NCBI GenBank assembly: GCA_945879065.1
Contig: CAMCUU010000005.1
Span: forward strand, 1-56,415
Direction of reading: 5' to 3'
DNA from: Francisella tularensis subsp. holarctica
GTDB lineage: Bacteria > Pseudomonadota > Gammaproteobacteria > Francisellales > CACEW01
Length of the DNA stretch: 56,415 bases
The notes under the pieces were generated by a model, which was given only the letters and a program-made list of their open reading frames with translations, was not told the origin of the DNA and made no database searches. Every line of letters starts with the position of its first letter. Position 1 is the first letter of the stretch. The translations under genes and the position numbers were made by a program. Positions 32,515 through 42,696 of this stretch are shown here, one piece after another.

Positions 32515-33753
32515 ATGAAAGTGGCGTATTTTGATTACTGGACAGGCGGTATCCATAACTTCGCACTCATTGATTCTTTATTAAAAGCCCAGGGAGCCCA
32601 TACCATACTGCTTCATATTGGCTCTTGGAATGACCCTTCGATGCTTAAGCAATCTGGAGTGATCAATGGCATTTATGCGGAAGATATTTCAGTGCATGGC
32701 ACCAATCATATTTTTAAAGTATTAAAAAAAATACAGCCAGATGTCGTCGTCACTTTAAATACAAATTACATTATGGATCGCGTCGTTTGCTTATCTTGCC
32801 GGCTTTTAAAAATTAGAACTGTTTTTATGATGCATGGTGATCGAGTAGTGGATGATCAAGTGATCCAGAAATTGTTATCTAAAGACTCGCAATCTCTTTG
32901 GAAAAAAACAAAAAAGGCGAGTAAATATTTAAAATTAACCGTGCCCAATTATTTAAATAGCTTGTGGAATTTTGATAAAAGTCGAGTGTTTAATTTTGCG
33001 TGGTTAAGTATCTTGTATCAAACGTTTAAACATCCTCAGTCTTATTATCCATCCAATAAAGATGAGCTGATTCAAGATAAGTGCTTGGTGTATGCGAACA
33101 AATATTTAAATTATTACCATGAAAAAATAGGGTATGAGTTAAAGAAAATAGAAGTCATAGGTAATCCTAAGCATGAGAGAATATTTTCTTTGTTGGCTAA
33201 CAATGGATTTGATGTCGCCATGCTGCCGGCTTCTGTGCAAGGGTTAGTTAAAGCTCAAAAAAAATATTTATTGTACATAGAAGATGCTTTTGTAGAGCAG
33301 CAAAATTCGGCTGGCTGGACGGTGGAATTTCGAAATGATTTTATTCGGGATGTGGCTACCGCACTTAAATTGCAAGGGTATGAATTAGTTATAAAACTGC
33401 ATCCCTGTACTTTGATTAATACAGTTTTAGCGCCAGAAGAAGTTTTGGTTTTCCAAAAAGAGGATGTCGATTCTTTAATGTTTTTTTCAAGCGGCTGCAT
33501 TGGTTTTACGTCTACGGTGCTAACTAATTGCTTGCTTTTAGATAAGCCTTTATTCACTCCACGTTGGGGAAAAGAATTGCCTCAAATTGAAAGTGAATTT
33601 TTAAAGAAAGGAGTCGCAAATGCCTGGATGGATTTAAAAGATCCCGTGTATTTTTCTATTAATACGGCTGCTCGAGAGAATTTTTTTCATGAGGCGATTA
33701 GTGTTAATACAACTGGGTCTTGTCAGCGCATATGTGAAATTATTTTAGAATAG
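32515..33753 (+). CDS. Uncharacterised GT-B-like protein with an HP motif (capsule-synthesis / TagF-like); candidate nonulosonic acid transferase
   Basis: VIKLHPC motif. Size about 410 aa. It lies between the pse genes/GT and the Wzy-like gene. The assignment is tentative. Confidence 0.35.
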   Translation: MKVAYFDYWTGGIHNFALIDSLLKAQGAHTILLHIGSWNDPSMLKQSGVINGIYAEDISVHGTNHIFKVLKKIQPDVVVTLNTNYIMDRVVCLSCRLLKIRTVFMMHGDRVVDDQVIQKLLSKDSQSLWKKTKKASKYLKLTVPNYLNSLWNFDKSRVFNFAWLSILYQTFKHPQSYYPSNKDELIQDKCLVYANKYLNYYHEKIGYELKKIEVIGNPKHERIFSLLANNGFDVAMLPASVQGLVKAQKKYLLYIEDAFVEQQNSAGWTVEFRNDFIRDVATALKLQGYELVIKLHPCTLINTVLAPEEVLVFQKEDVDSLMFFSSGCIGFTSTVLTNCLLLDKPLFTPRWGKELPQIESEFLKKGVANAWMDLKDPVYFSINTAARENFFHEAISVNTTGSCQRICEIILE

Positions 33754-33771
33754 TTATTTAGAGAAATAAGA

Positions 33772-35097
33772 ATGCAAATAAAAAAAATGGCGCTGCGTCA
33801 GGCAAGTGCCAATCTATTGTTGGTAATGTTGGTAGTATTCTCAGCATTTTTTCTTTTAAATTCGGAGCTTGAGGGGTGGGGTTCTCCAATCCCAAATTTA
33901 ATTTTTTTAGAATACCTGGTTGTTCTTTATATTTTTTTTAGAATTAAACAACGTAATTTGTCCTTTCTCTTGCTTTTATTTCCCATTTTTAAATCAATTT
34001 ATTTTTCTATGTATGACCCAGCTTGGGTTTCTATCGGCGATTTTTCAGCTTACATCGAAATGTTGCAATATCAGTTCCCTACGGGGTTAACTTGGGTGGT
34101 TTTGCTCAATGCGATACATACAATCGGTAAGTTTTATTATCTAACTATTTTTAATATGTATATCCCCATGAGGCTTTATGATATTACCTCGGGGTCACCG
34201 AACGCAGCGATTTTTTTATATTTTAATGACTTTGTTTTTCTGATTTTAACAGCGATGACCGTCAATGCGCTTAAGAGTATTCTTGACGATAAAATTATTT
34301 TATTTTTTGTAATTTTTTTGCTGTTTTCACCCACAACTTTAGCGGACACCATTTATCCAGATCGACATATTTTTTCTCTGTTTGCACTTTTATGGTTTGT
34401 TAGTGGATGCATTAGAATCCGTAATGGTGGCTCCAAGCTGGATTTTTATTTGATCATTTCTCTGGTGTTAATTTTTATTAACAAGCCTCAGCTTTTGATC
34501 GCGATTCTTCTTTATATTATCTACCTCAATAGATCAAAATTTTTAGATGTCAGATGGCTTTTGCCCATGCTTTCTCTGCTTGCACTGCTTGTTGTATATA
34601 ACTTATCGATTAGTGGACTTGGCGTGTATCTTGCTTATAAAGAGTATGGATACGCAGCGACTGCTATACAAATTCAGCGCGTCATGGGGCCGCTTTATTA
34701 TTTGGTCATGCCCATCGTGAAATATATTTATGGATTATTCTCGCCATTTCCTTGGTACAAATTTTCAGTGTTTTTGATCGGAGCAGCAGGCAGTCCTCTG
34801 ACTCTCGCGATGGTGTATTTTAACTCTGTTTTTGGTGTGGGCATTGTGATAGCGCTTTTTAGGCACTTTAAACAAATTAAATCACACCAGTTTTACTATG
34901 AAAACTTTATCTTATTTGGCTTGATCATGTCTTTAACGATTATTCCTGCAGATATTGGACATAGTGGATATTTGGCACTTTATTACGTGCTCTTCTTGCC
35001 TATCTTTTTTATTTTGGGATGGAGCCGATCTGCTGTTATTTTCTTTAGTAGTTTGATTTTGATTCTTCTTTTAAATTTATTAGTTTTCTTTGCTTAA
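33772..35097 (+). CDS. Polytopic membrane protein, probable O-antigen polymerase (Wzy-like)
   Basis: About 10-12 hydrophobic segments, no soluble domain, very AT-rich codon usage and poor conservation. All are typical of Wzy proteins in such loci. Confidence 0.5.
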   Translation: MQIKKMALRQASANLLLVMLVVFSAFFLLNSELEGWGSPIPNLIFLEYLVVLYIFFRIKQRNLSFLLLLFPIFKSIYFSMYDPAWVSIGDFSAYIEMLQYQFPTGLTWVVLLNAIHTIGKFYYLTIFNMYIPMRLYDITSGSPNAAIFLYFNDFVFLILTAMTVNALKSILDDKIILFFVIFLLFSPTTLADTIYPDRHIFSLFALLWFVSGCIRIRNGGSKLDFYLIISLVLIFINKPQLLIAILLYIIYLNRSKFLDVRWLLPMLSLLALLVVYNLSISGLGVYLAYKEYGYAATAIQIQRVMGPLYYLVMPIVKYIYGLFSPFPWYKFSVFLIGAAGSPLTLAMVYFNSVFGVGIVIALFRHFKQIKSHQFYYENFILFGLIMSLTIIPADIGHSGYLALYYVLFLPIFFILGWSRSAVIFFSSLILILLLNLLVFFA

Positions 35098-35196
35098 AGA
35101 TGGATGTGTGATTTGATTGTTCGATAGGGTAGAGATATTTATTATGCCGCCTGTTAAAACTATTACTATTAATGACTACCAGAAGAGAATAACTAC

Positions 35197-36309
35197 ATGT
35201 CTAGAAAAAAAGCTTTTATTACTGGTGTCACTGGTCAAGATGGCTCTTACCTTGCCGAATTTTTATTAGAAAAAAACTACGAAGTCCATGCGATTATTAG
35301 ACGCTCTTCTGTATTCACTACGGCGCGCATTGATCATATTTTTCATCACCCTCATTTTCATACTTATCATGGTGATCTCGCAGACTCGAGTAATTTGCAT
35401 CGATTAATTACTAAGATTCAGCCTGATGAAATTTATAACCTGGGCGCTCAATCCCATGTCGGCGTGTCTTTCGAAGTGCCTGAATATACCGCTGAAGTGG
35501 ATGCACTAGGTACTATAAGATTACTAGATGCAATCCGAGACTCTGGGCTCCAAACAAAATTTTACCAAGCATCGACGTCAGAGCTATTTGGTGGCTTGCC
35601 AGAAACAGCCCCTCAATCTGAAAAAACACCGTTTTATCCCAAATCCCCCTATGGGGCTGCCAAACTTTATGCCTATTGGATTACAGTAAATTACAGAGAA
35701 TCTTATGGGCTCTATGCCTGCAATGGAATTTTATTTAATCATGAGTCCCCGAGACGCGGTGAGACTTTTGTGACCAAGAAAATTACTCAAGCGGCCGCGA
35801 GAATTCATCAGGGGCGACAAGAAAAATTAAAGCTGGGGAATTTAGATGCTAAGCGAGACTGGGGTCATGCCAAAGACTATGTCGAAGCCATGTGGCTCAT
35901 GCTTCAGCAAGAACAAGCAAAAGATTATGTGATCGCGACAGGAAAAACTTACACCGTCAGAGACTTTGTGAACTTAGCTTTTGCTGAAGTAGGTATGAAA
36001 ATATCTTGGCAAGGATCTGGGGTTCATGAGCAAGGTCTTTGTGCTAAGACTGGAAAAATTTTAGTCGAAATAGACTCAAAATATTTTAGACCGGCTGAAG
36101 TTGAATTTTTATGGGGTGACGCCTCTTTGGCTGAAAGAGAATTAGCTTGGAAAGCGCATACATCTTTAGAGCAACTAGTCAAAGAAATGGTTCAATATGA
36201 TTTGAAGTTTGATGAATATGGCGGACAAGAAAAAAGAGATTTAGAAAATGTGTTATTAGAAGGCACTGCAATAGAAGTGATTGAAGTTCTAGAAGAGAGT
36301 CAGCAATGA
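35197..36309 (+). CDS. gmd: GDP-mannose 4,6-dehydratase
   Basis: [51 protein letters not shown]. Confidence 0.95.
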   Translation: MSRKKAFITGVTGQDGSYLAEFLLEKNYEVHAIIRRSSVFTTARIDHIFHHPHFHTYHGDLADSSNLHRLITKIQPDEIYNLGAQSHVGVSFEVPEYTAEVDALGTIRLLDAIRDSGLQTKFYQASTSELFGGLPETAPQSEKTPFYPKSPYGAAKLYAYWITVNYRESYGLYACNGILFNHESPRRGETFVTKKITQAAARIHQGRQEKLKLGNLDAKRDWGHAKDYVEAMWLMLQQEQAKDYVIATGKTYTVRDFVNLAFAEVGMKISWQGSGVHEQGLCAKTGKILVEIDSKYFRPAEVEFLWGDASLAERELAWKAHTSLEQLVKEMVQYDLKFDEYGGQEKRDLENVLLEGTAIEVIEVLEESQQ

Positions 36310-37229
36310 TTCTAGTTTTAGGCGCCACGGGATTTTTAGGCAAACGAGTTTGTCGCCTATTAGAGTCCCAAAAAAAAGAGTTTATGAAAACCTCTTTGTC
36401 TTTGGGCTTAGATCTTAGAGATAAACAAAAGACTATTGAGTTTTTTCAAAAGCAGCAACCTTCATTTGTTTTAAATTGTGCCGCTTATGTCGGTGGAATT
36501 CAGTTTGGATATAAGCACCCTGCGGAATTATTTTCTAATAATCTAGGAATGACGGTGAATATTTTAGAGGCGGCAAGGCTCTCAGGCGTTCAGCGTATCG
36601 TGAATCCAATTTCCAATTGTGCTTACCCGGGTGAGGCTAGATTGTTTCGTGAGTCTGAATTTTGGAATGGGCCTCTTCATGAATCAGTGATGGTTTATGG
36701 CTTTGTTCGTAAGGCCTCTTGGATTGGCGCTTGGGCCTATGCAAAGCAATATAACTTAGATGTCATTAATTTAATTTTGTCGAACATGTATGGCCCTGAA
36801 GATCATTTTGAACCTGAGCGCTCTCATGCGTTGGGGGCTTTAGTTATGAGGATGGTTGAAGCCCAAGAGGCTAAACAAAGTTATTTAGATATCTGGGGAA
36901 CGGGTGCCCCTGTTCGTGAATGGTTGCACGTGGATGATGGTGCAGAAGCGATGCTTCGAGGTTTAGATATTCCTGCTTACTTGGACCCTATTAATATTGG
37001 GATAGGGAAAGGGATCTCTATTTTTGAGATGGCTGAAAAAATCAAACAGGCTGTAGGCTATCAGGGGGAATTAAGATTGGATCCTTCTAAACCTGATGGA
37101 GCCCCCTATAAAACAGTCGATGGCTCAAGAGGGCGTGAATTATTACAGTGGTCTCCAGAAATTAATTTTGAAAGAGGTCTCGAAGAGACCGTTCGTTGGT
37201 ATAAGGAATTTAGAAAAAATGGGTCCTAG
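36306..37229 (+). CDS. fcl: GDP-L-fucose synthase-like NAD-dependent epimerase/reductase
   Basis: Position immediately after gmd with a 4-nt overlap. GATGFLG Rossmann motif and the tail [38 protein letters not shown]. Confidence 0.75.
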   Translation: MILVLGATGFLGKRVCRLLESQKKEFMKTSLSLGLDLRDKQKTIEFFQKQQPSFVLNCAAYVGGIQFGYKHPAELFSNNLGMTVNILEAARLSGVQRIVNPISNCAYPGEARLFRESEFWNGPLHESVMVYGFVRKASWIGAWAYAKQYNLDVINLILSNMYGPEDHFEPERSHALGALVMRMVEAQEAKQSYLDIWGTGAPVREWLHVDDGAEAMLRGLDIPAYLDPINIGIGKGISIFEMAEKIKQAVGYQGELRLDPSKPDGAPYKTVDGSRGRELLQWSPEINFERGLEETVRWYKEFRKNGS

Positions 37230-37623
37230 AGAAATTATTTGTGAAGGAAAAATCTTAGCTAGATTTATTCCTAATACGGCTTGGAAAGAAGGACTTTCTT
37301 TTTTTTCTCAAGATGAAGAATTTGTTCAAGTCGGTGCTTGGGTCTATGACGAGGGGAAAGCATTGGCACCTCATGTACATAATTTTGTTGAGAGGAAAGT
37401 GACTCATACACAAGAGGTTTTATATATTCGTTTTGGATCGATTCAAGCAGATATTTATGATTTAAAAGATCAGTTATGTGAAAGTTTGATTGTGCGCGCG
37501 GGTGAAATTCTAATTCTTCTGGAAGGCGGTCATGGCTATAAAATTTTAGAGAACGCTACCCAAGTGTTAGAAATAAAAAATGGGCCTTATGCAGGACCTG
37601 AGATTGATCGACGCAGGATTTAA
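37219..37623 (+). CDS. Cupin-fold sugar-nucleotide isomerase/epimerase-like protein (WxcM/FdtA- or WbuC-like)
   Basis: 135 aa. His-containing beta-barrel pattern APHVHNFVERK...EVLYI...GHGYKILE. I chose ATG 37219 because the tracked 37096 start lies inside fcl. Confidence 0.45.
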   Translation: MGPREIICEGKILARFIPNTAWKEGLSFFSQDEEFVQVGAWVYDEGKALAPHVHNFVERKVTHTQEVLYIRFGSIQADIYDLKDQLCESLIVRAGEILILLEGGHGYKILENATQVLEIKNGPYAGPEIDRRRI

Positions 37624-37637
37624 GTGAGGCAGGATCA

Positions 37638-38198
37638 GTGGGCAATATTTTCTTTGATAAAAGTAAACTCAAGTCTTGCGGCAAAAATGTCTTAATTGGT
37701 AAAACGGTTCGAATGAGACATCCTGAAAAAGTTAGTATTGGCGATCATGTGATTATTGATGACTTTTGTTATATCTCTGGAGAAGTGGAGATTGGAGACT
37801 ATGTGCATATAGGGAATTCCTGCACAGTGTCAGCAAGCCAAGATAGAGTTACCTTTGGGCCTTTTTCAACAATTGCGCCTGGCGTTAAAATATTTGCTGC
37901 GTCTTCTAATTACTTATCTTGTGGCTTGGATCTGCCGACGATTCCAGAAGAATTTTCTTATAACGTCATTCGTGGGTCGGTGACGCTTGAGCGTTTTGTT
38001 TTAGTGGGTGCGAACTGTGTTATTTCTCCAGGAGTGTCTATCCCAGAGGGCGCTGCATTTTCCGCCAATTTGATTATTAAGAAAAAAATTACCTTTAAAC
38101 CCTGGCACGTTTTTTTTGATAGCGAAGGAACTTCTAAGCCGAGAGTAGGTGTTGAAAAACTATTAACAGAAGTCGAAAAATTTTATCAATTTAAATAA
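37638..38198 (+). CDS. Left-handed beta-helix (hexapeptide repeat) acetyltransferase
   Basis: Hexapeptide periodicity: VSIGDHVIIDDFCYISGEVEIGDYVHIGNSCTV...VLVGANCVISPGVSIPEGA. Confidence 0.75.
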   Translation: MGNIFFDKSKLKSCGKNVLIGKTVRMRHPEKVSIGDHVIIDDFCYISGEVEIGDYVHIGNSCTVSASQDRVTFGPFSTIAPGVKIFAASSNYLSCGLDLPTIPEEFSYNVIRGSVTLERFVLVGANCVISPGVSIPEGAAFSANLIIKKKITFKPWHVFFDSEGTSKPRVGVEKLLTEVEKFYQFK

Positions 38199-38240
38199 TT
38201 TAATAATTTAATAATTTTTATTTTAAGGTGATTTTTATCT

Positions 38241-39332
38241 ATGTTTATTCCACAAATGGAACCTTGGTTTGGTCAAGAAGAATCAGATTCAGTTGCAGAA
38301 TATATGCGCGAAGGCGGTTGGATGACCGAGTTTAAAAGAACCGCACTTTTTGAAAAGATGATTACTGATTTTACCGGCGCTCAGCATTGTATCGTGGTTA
38401 ACAATGGGACGATCAGCTTAACCTTGGCAGCAATGGCCTGTGATATTGGCCCTGGCGATGAAGTCATTGTTCCTAACTACACGATGATTGCGACGCCTAA
38501 CTCCATTTATATGCTGGGGGCGAAGCCTGTGTTTGTGGACGTTGAGCCTGATACTTTATGCATGGATCTTGAGTTGGCTGAAAAAGCGATTACTTCAAAA
38601 ACAAAAGCCATTATGTTGGTTTCTGCCAATGGGCGATATCCCAACTCTGGAATTATTAATTTTGAAAAACTAGCGGATCGTTATGGCTTAAGTTTAATTG
38701 AAGATGCCGCCCAATCTTTAGGGTCTTTTTATCCGGATGGACGCCATATGGGGCTAGCAGGTAAAATAGGAAGCTTTTCTTTTTCAGCACCAAAAATTAT
38801 TTCCACAGGTCAGGGCGGCGCGTTGATTACTAATGATGATGCGATGGCAAAACGTTTACGAAAATTAAAAGATTTTGGTCGTTCTGGCGGCGGCAATGAT
38901 ATTCATGATGAGATTGGATTTAATTTTAAATTTACAGAATTGCAGGCCTGTTTAGGTGTTGAACAAATGAAAAAATTGCCTTGGCGCATTGAACGAAAAA
39001 AAGAAATTTTAAAGCGCTATTGGCATAACTTAGAAGATGTTAAGCAAGTTAAATTTTTTGCCCAGGATTTAAAATGCACAACTCCTTGGTTTATCGATAT
39101 GTTAGTGGATCAAAAATTAGAGCTCAGTGCTTTTTTAAAAGAAAATGGGGTTGGGTCTCGTGTGATGTATCCGCCGATCAATGAGCAAGCTTGCTATCAA
39201 GTGTCAGGCGATTTTCCAATCTCAAAGCAAGTGGGTGAAGAGGGCCTCTGGCTGCCTTCTGCAGGCCAATTAAAAGATGAGCAAATTGATCATATCTGTA
39301 GATTGATTAAGCAATTTTTTAATAAAATTTAA
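38241..39332 (+). CDS. DegT/DnrJ/EryC1/StrS family sugar aminotransferase
   Basis: NNGTISLTLA, GDEVIVPNYT, EDAAQSLG, SFSAPKIISTGQGGA (PLP lysine). Confidence 0.85.
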   Translation: MFIPQMEPWFGQEESDSVAEYMREGGWMTEFKRTALFEKMITDFTGAQHCIVVNNGTISLTLAAMACDIGPGDEVIVPNYTMIATPNSIYMLGAKPVFVDVEPDTLCMDLELAEKAITSKTKAIMLVSANGRYPNSGIINFEKLADRYGLSLIEDAAQSLGSFYPDGRHMGLAGKIGSFSFSAPKIISTGQGGALITNDDAMAKRLRKLKDFGRSGGGNDIHDEIGFNFKFTELQACLGVEQMKKLPWRIERKKEILKRYWHNLEDVKQVKFFAQDLKCTTPWFIDMLVDQKLELSAFLKENGVGSRVMYPPINEQACYQVSGDFPISKQVGEEGLWLPSAGQLKDEQIDHICRLIKQFFNKI

Positions 39333-39343
39333 GGGCTAGTATT

Positions 39344-40276
39344 TTGTTTTTTAAAAAGCGCCGATTGATATTGCGAGTTTTCGCAGGCCTTGGGAATCAG
39401 CAGTTTCAATATGCGTATGCTAAAAGCATGGCCTTGAAAACAAAGAGGAAATTGATTTTAGATGCCTCTTATTTTTTACCAAGATATCATCCGATCAAGC
39501 ACCAGGGTTTTTTCTATCCTTATAAGCTGGATTTGTTTGGAGTGAAAGAAAAAAAAACGGGTATTTTGACACGGGAATTAGTCGGCCTGATGAACCGCCA
39601 TCCTTTGATCCAAAAGCTGTACTTAAAAATACAGACGCTTCCAATTTTTTCTTTCTTTCTGCCCTTGCTAGTGATGGATTCCGAGAGTATAGAAAATCAG
39701 TGTTTTAGTACGCAGAGAGATATTGTGATTTCAGGGTATTTTCAAAAAGGAGAAGGCCTAGAGAAATATTCTGAGCAATTTTTGAATTGGATTCATGCGT
39801 CCTTTGAGATTTCAGAACAGAATCGAAAATTTGAAGCGATGGCCAAACTAGAAAATTCGGTGTCAGTCCATGCGCGTCGTGGTGATTATTTAAAAGCAGG
39901 GATCTATCAAATCTTAGGGCTAGATTATTATCAAAAAGCCTTAGAAAAAATTCAGGAAAAAGTAGAGGTCTCTCATCTTTTAATTTTTTCGGATGATATC
40001 CAGTGGGCTAAAGAAAATTTAAAATTTGATGTGCCTTGTACTTATGTCGATAGCGACGGTCCTGATTATGAGCATCAATATTTAATGAGCTTGTGTGGGC
40101 ATAATATTATTGCCAATAGTACGTTTAGCTGGTGGGCAGCCATGATGAATAAAAATTCTAATAAAGTTATATGCTCGCCGAGAGATTGGTTTACGCATGT
40201 TAAAACAGAAGAATTAATTTTTGTCCCAATGCAGTGGGTTCAGATAGCAATTAATGGACATAGCGCCGTTGAGTAA
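39344..40276 (+). CDS. GT11 alpha-1,2-fucosyltransferase
   Basis: GLGNQQFQYAYAKS, HARRGDYL, STFSWWAAMMN. Confidence 0.85.
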   Translation: MFFKKRRLILRVFAGLGNQQFQYAYAKSMALKTKRKLILDASYFLPRYHPIKHQGFFYPYKLDLFGVKEKKTGILTRELVGLMNRHPLIQKLYLKIQTLPIFSFFLPLLVMDSESIENQCFSTQRDIVISGYFQKGEGLEKYSEQFLNWIHASFEISEQNRKFEAMAKLENSVSVHARRGDYLKAGIYQILGLDYYQKALEKIQEKVEVSHLLIFSDDIQWAKENLKFDVPCTYVDSDGPDYEHQYLMSLCGHNIIANSTFSWWAAMMNKNSNKVICSPRDWFTHVKTEELIFVPMQWVQIAINGHSAVE

Positions 40277-41549
40277 ACGATTTCTTGAATTATCTTTTGT
40301 GCTTGCCTCGCAAATCTTCGGGGGTGTTTCAGCGCTTATATTATTAAAAATTCTTGTTGTGCATCTTTCACCTGCTTTGTATGGAGAATATGCATTGATG
40401 ATGAGCGTGGTCGCTGTTGCATCAGCCTTGCCCTTTAATGGGCTGAACCAAAGTGTGCTGCGGTTTTCTTCTGGAGTGCAAGGGCAGAGAAACCAATATC
40501 TGAGCTATGTTATTTCCAGTCTCTTTCTTTATTTTCTTTTATTAATTTTTTATTTTTTCATTGTGTGTGGTATTTATTTTTTTCTGAATAATCCAGTTTG
40601 GAAAGAAAGTATCTTTGCGTTGTATGCTTATTTTTTTGGTTCAATAGTCTTTAGTTTCTCTCTTTTTATTTACAACGGAAATCGCTTGCGAGGGAAAGTT
40701 TTTTTTCTGGGACTCGTTTCATCTTTGTTGAGCATTGGGCTTTTGCTTTATTTTTTAAGAGAGCCCAGTCATAGAAATTTAAAAGAAGTTTTTATATTAA
40801 TTGCCATTGGTTATTTTGTTGCCCCTATTGTGACAGTGGGGCGAGGTTGGGGTAAATTATTTTCTGTCCAATGGAAATTGACGACGCGTCATTTTTTAAT
40901 GCTTTTTAAATTTGCAGGACCTCTGATCCTAATGAGCGGGTTTATTTGGTTTCGGTCGATGGCTTCTCGCTGGTATTTAGATTTTTTTGTGAATAAAGAA
41001 GCGATTGCAAGTTTCGCGATTTTATCCACTTTAGCCATGATGGCCCCCACGGCTTTGCAATCTTTTCTAAGCTCTTATTTTTCTCCTATTTTGTATCAGT
41101 TATTTGATCGAGATGAGCAGTTGGCCATTGAAAAATTAAAAAAAATAACAAAAATATTTTTTATTTTTCTAGTTCTGTCAGCCATCGTAGTCGCTGTTGC
41201 TTCGCATTGGATTATTCGTTTTTTTGCAGCGGGTTATTATGCTCAGCATGCTTGGATGTTAATGCCCATGTATTTAAGTTTTTCGATTTATACTCTGATT
41301 TCTTTTTCAGTAACCACCAGACTCTTTGCAGAAAAAAAACCAGGGCGCTTAGTTTTGCCGAATGTTCTGATTGATATTATTTCTCTTTTAGCAGGAGCAC
41401 TGCTGACTTTTAAATTTGGCTTAATGGGCGTTTTTATTAATTACTGTGCCACTTATTTAATTCTCGCCTTTTTGCTTTATGGGCTTTTATGGGGCGAGGG
41501 GCCGATTTTTAGATGGCTGGAACTTAAAAAAATAAAAAATAAAATTTGA
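40254..41549 (+). CDS. wzx: Oligosaccharide-unit flippase (Wzx, MOP superfamily)
   Basis: About 12 predicted TM segments over 431 aa, in the typical position within a Wzx/Wzy-type locus. Confidence 0.65.
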   Translation: MDIAPLSKRFLELSFVLASQIFGGVSALILLKILVVHLSPALYGEYALMMSVVAVASALPFNGLNQSVLRFSSGVQGQRNQYLSYVISSLFLYFLLLIFYFFIVCGIYFFLNNPVWKESIFALYAYFFGSIVFSFSLFIYNGNRLRGKVFFLGLVSSLLSIGLLLYFLREPSHRNLKEVFILIAIGYFVAPIVTVGRGWGKLFSVQWKLTTRHFLMLFKFAGPLILMSGFIWFRSMASRWYLDFFVNKEAIASFAILSTLAMMAPTALQSFLSSYFSPILYQLFDRDEQLAIEKLKKITKIFFIFLVLSAIVVAVASHWIIRFFAAGYYAQHAWMLMPMYLSFSIYTLISFSVTTRLFAEKKPGRLVLPNVLIDIISLLAGALLTFKFGLMGVFINYCATYLILAFLLYGLLWGEGPIFRWLELKKIKNKI

Positions 41550-41567
41550 GCGGGAACTATAAATCAA

Positions 41568-42620
41568 ATGAAAATATTGGTGGTCGGTGCTGGTGATTAT
41601 GAGATTCATGATCCAGCCATTGCAAAAAGATTTTCTGAGCTAGGGCATGAGGTCAGAAGCTTTGCTTGGCATGAATTTTTTAAGCCGGTGAATTTTTTTA
41701 AGAAAATGCAAAGAAAATTTGTACTGGGGCCTGCTGTAAGAAATATTAATAAAACACTGATTAAATCTGCTGAAGATTTTTCTCCAAATTTGGTTTTTAT
41801 TTATCGCAATATTTATATTCATCCAAGGACAATTTGCGTACTTAAAAAAAGAGGCGCTGTTGTTTTTTCTTATAACAATGATGACCCTTTTTCAAAAAAG
41901 TATTCTTATTTTAATAGACAGCTTTCACGAGTTTATTTGAAAAGTGTGCATGCGTGTGATCATAACTTTGTATTTCGTCATAAGAATATTCAAGATTTTA
42001 ATAAAATAGGGGTTCACAATGTCAGCATCTTGAGAGCTTTTTTTATTAAAGAACGAGCGTTTTGTTTACCCATGATTGATAAAGAAGAAAAAGAAGTAGA
42101 TGTCATTTTTGTGGGCCATTATGAATTAGATGGCCGAGATGAATATGTTAATAGTCTTATAGATCAAAAAATAAAATTTGAATTATTTGGCTTTGGTTGG
42201 AAGGCTTCAAAGTATTATTTAAGAATTAGAGATTATTTAGGCTACGACTTTTCAGTACACTTACACTCGAAAGATTATAACGAAGCGTTAAATAGCGGAA
42301 AAATTGCGCTTGTATTTTTATCAAAACTTAATAATGACACTTATACGACGCGCTGCTTTGAAATTCCTGCGGTGAAAACCATGATGCTCTGTGAGCGGAC
42401 TGAAGATATGCAATCAATGTTTACTGAGGATCATGAAGCCGCTTATTTTTCTTCCCCACAAGAGTGCTTAGAAAAAGTAAATTTTTATCTAGAAAATAAT
42501 AGATATAAAGCCATTGCTGAAAATGGGTATCAAAGATTAATGCAAGATGGGCATGAAGCTAAAGATCGTTGTCGGGAAATCTTAGATAAATATAGCCAAA
42601 TTTGTGGCGCCAGAAAATAA
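41568..42620 (+). CDS. CgeB/DUF3880-like glycosyltransferase-fold protein
   Basis: MKILVVG..., FVGHYELDGRDEY, and C-terminal TRCFEIPAVKTMMLCERTEDMQSMF resembling the Glyco_trans_1_2 pattern. Confidence 0.5.
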   Translation: MKILVVGAGDYEIHDPAIAKRFSELGHEVRSFAWHEFFKPVNFFKKMQRKFVLGPAVRNINKTLIKSAEDFSPNLVFIYRNIYIHPRTICVLKKRGAVVFSYNNDDPFSKKYSYFNRQLSRVYLKSVHACDHNFVFRHKNIQDFNKIGVHNVSILRAFFIKERAFCLPMIDKEEKEVDVIFVGHYELDGRDEYVNSLIDQKIKFELFGFGWKASKYYLRIRDYLGYDFSVHLHSKDYNEALNSGKIALVFLSKLNNDTYTTRCFEIPAVKTMMLCERTEDMQSMFTEDHEAAYFSSPQECLEKVNFYLENNRYKAIAENGYQRLMQDGHEAKDRCREILDKYSQICGARK

Positions 42621-42696
42621 ATAAGACTGCGCAGCTAGGTGAGATCTATCGGCATTTTATATACTCTGCGTACTAACATTTTTTAGCGTATTATTT

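Noticed and set aside
33255-33557. Minus-strand ORF inside 32515-33753
   Set aside because: It is antisense to the longer ORF. The sense ORF is itself only tentatively assigned, but its operon context favours the + strand.
37096-37218. N-terminal extension of the cupin ORF as tracked
   Set aside because: The first 41 codons lie out of frame inside fcl. An ATG at 37219 gives a compact 134-aa cupin with a short 11-bp overlap.
38488-38673. Out-of-frame + strand ORF inside the DegT aminotransferase
   Set aside because: It overlaps a strongly supported gene.
41640-41822. Minus-strand ORF inside the CgeB-like gene
   Set aside because: It is short, antisense and low-complexity.
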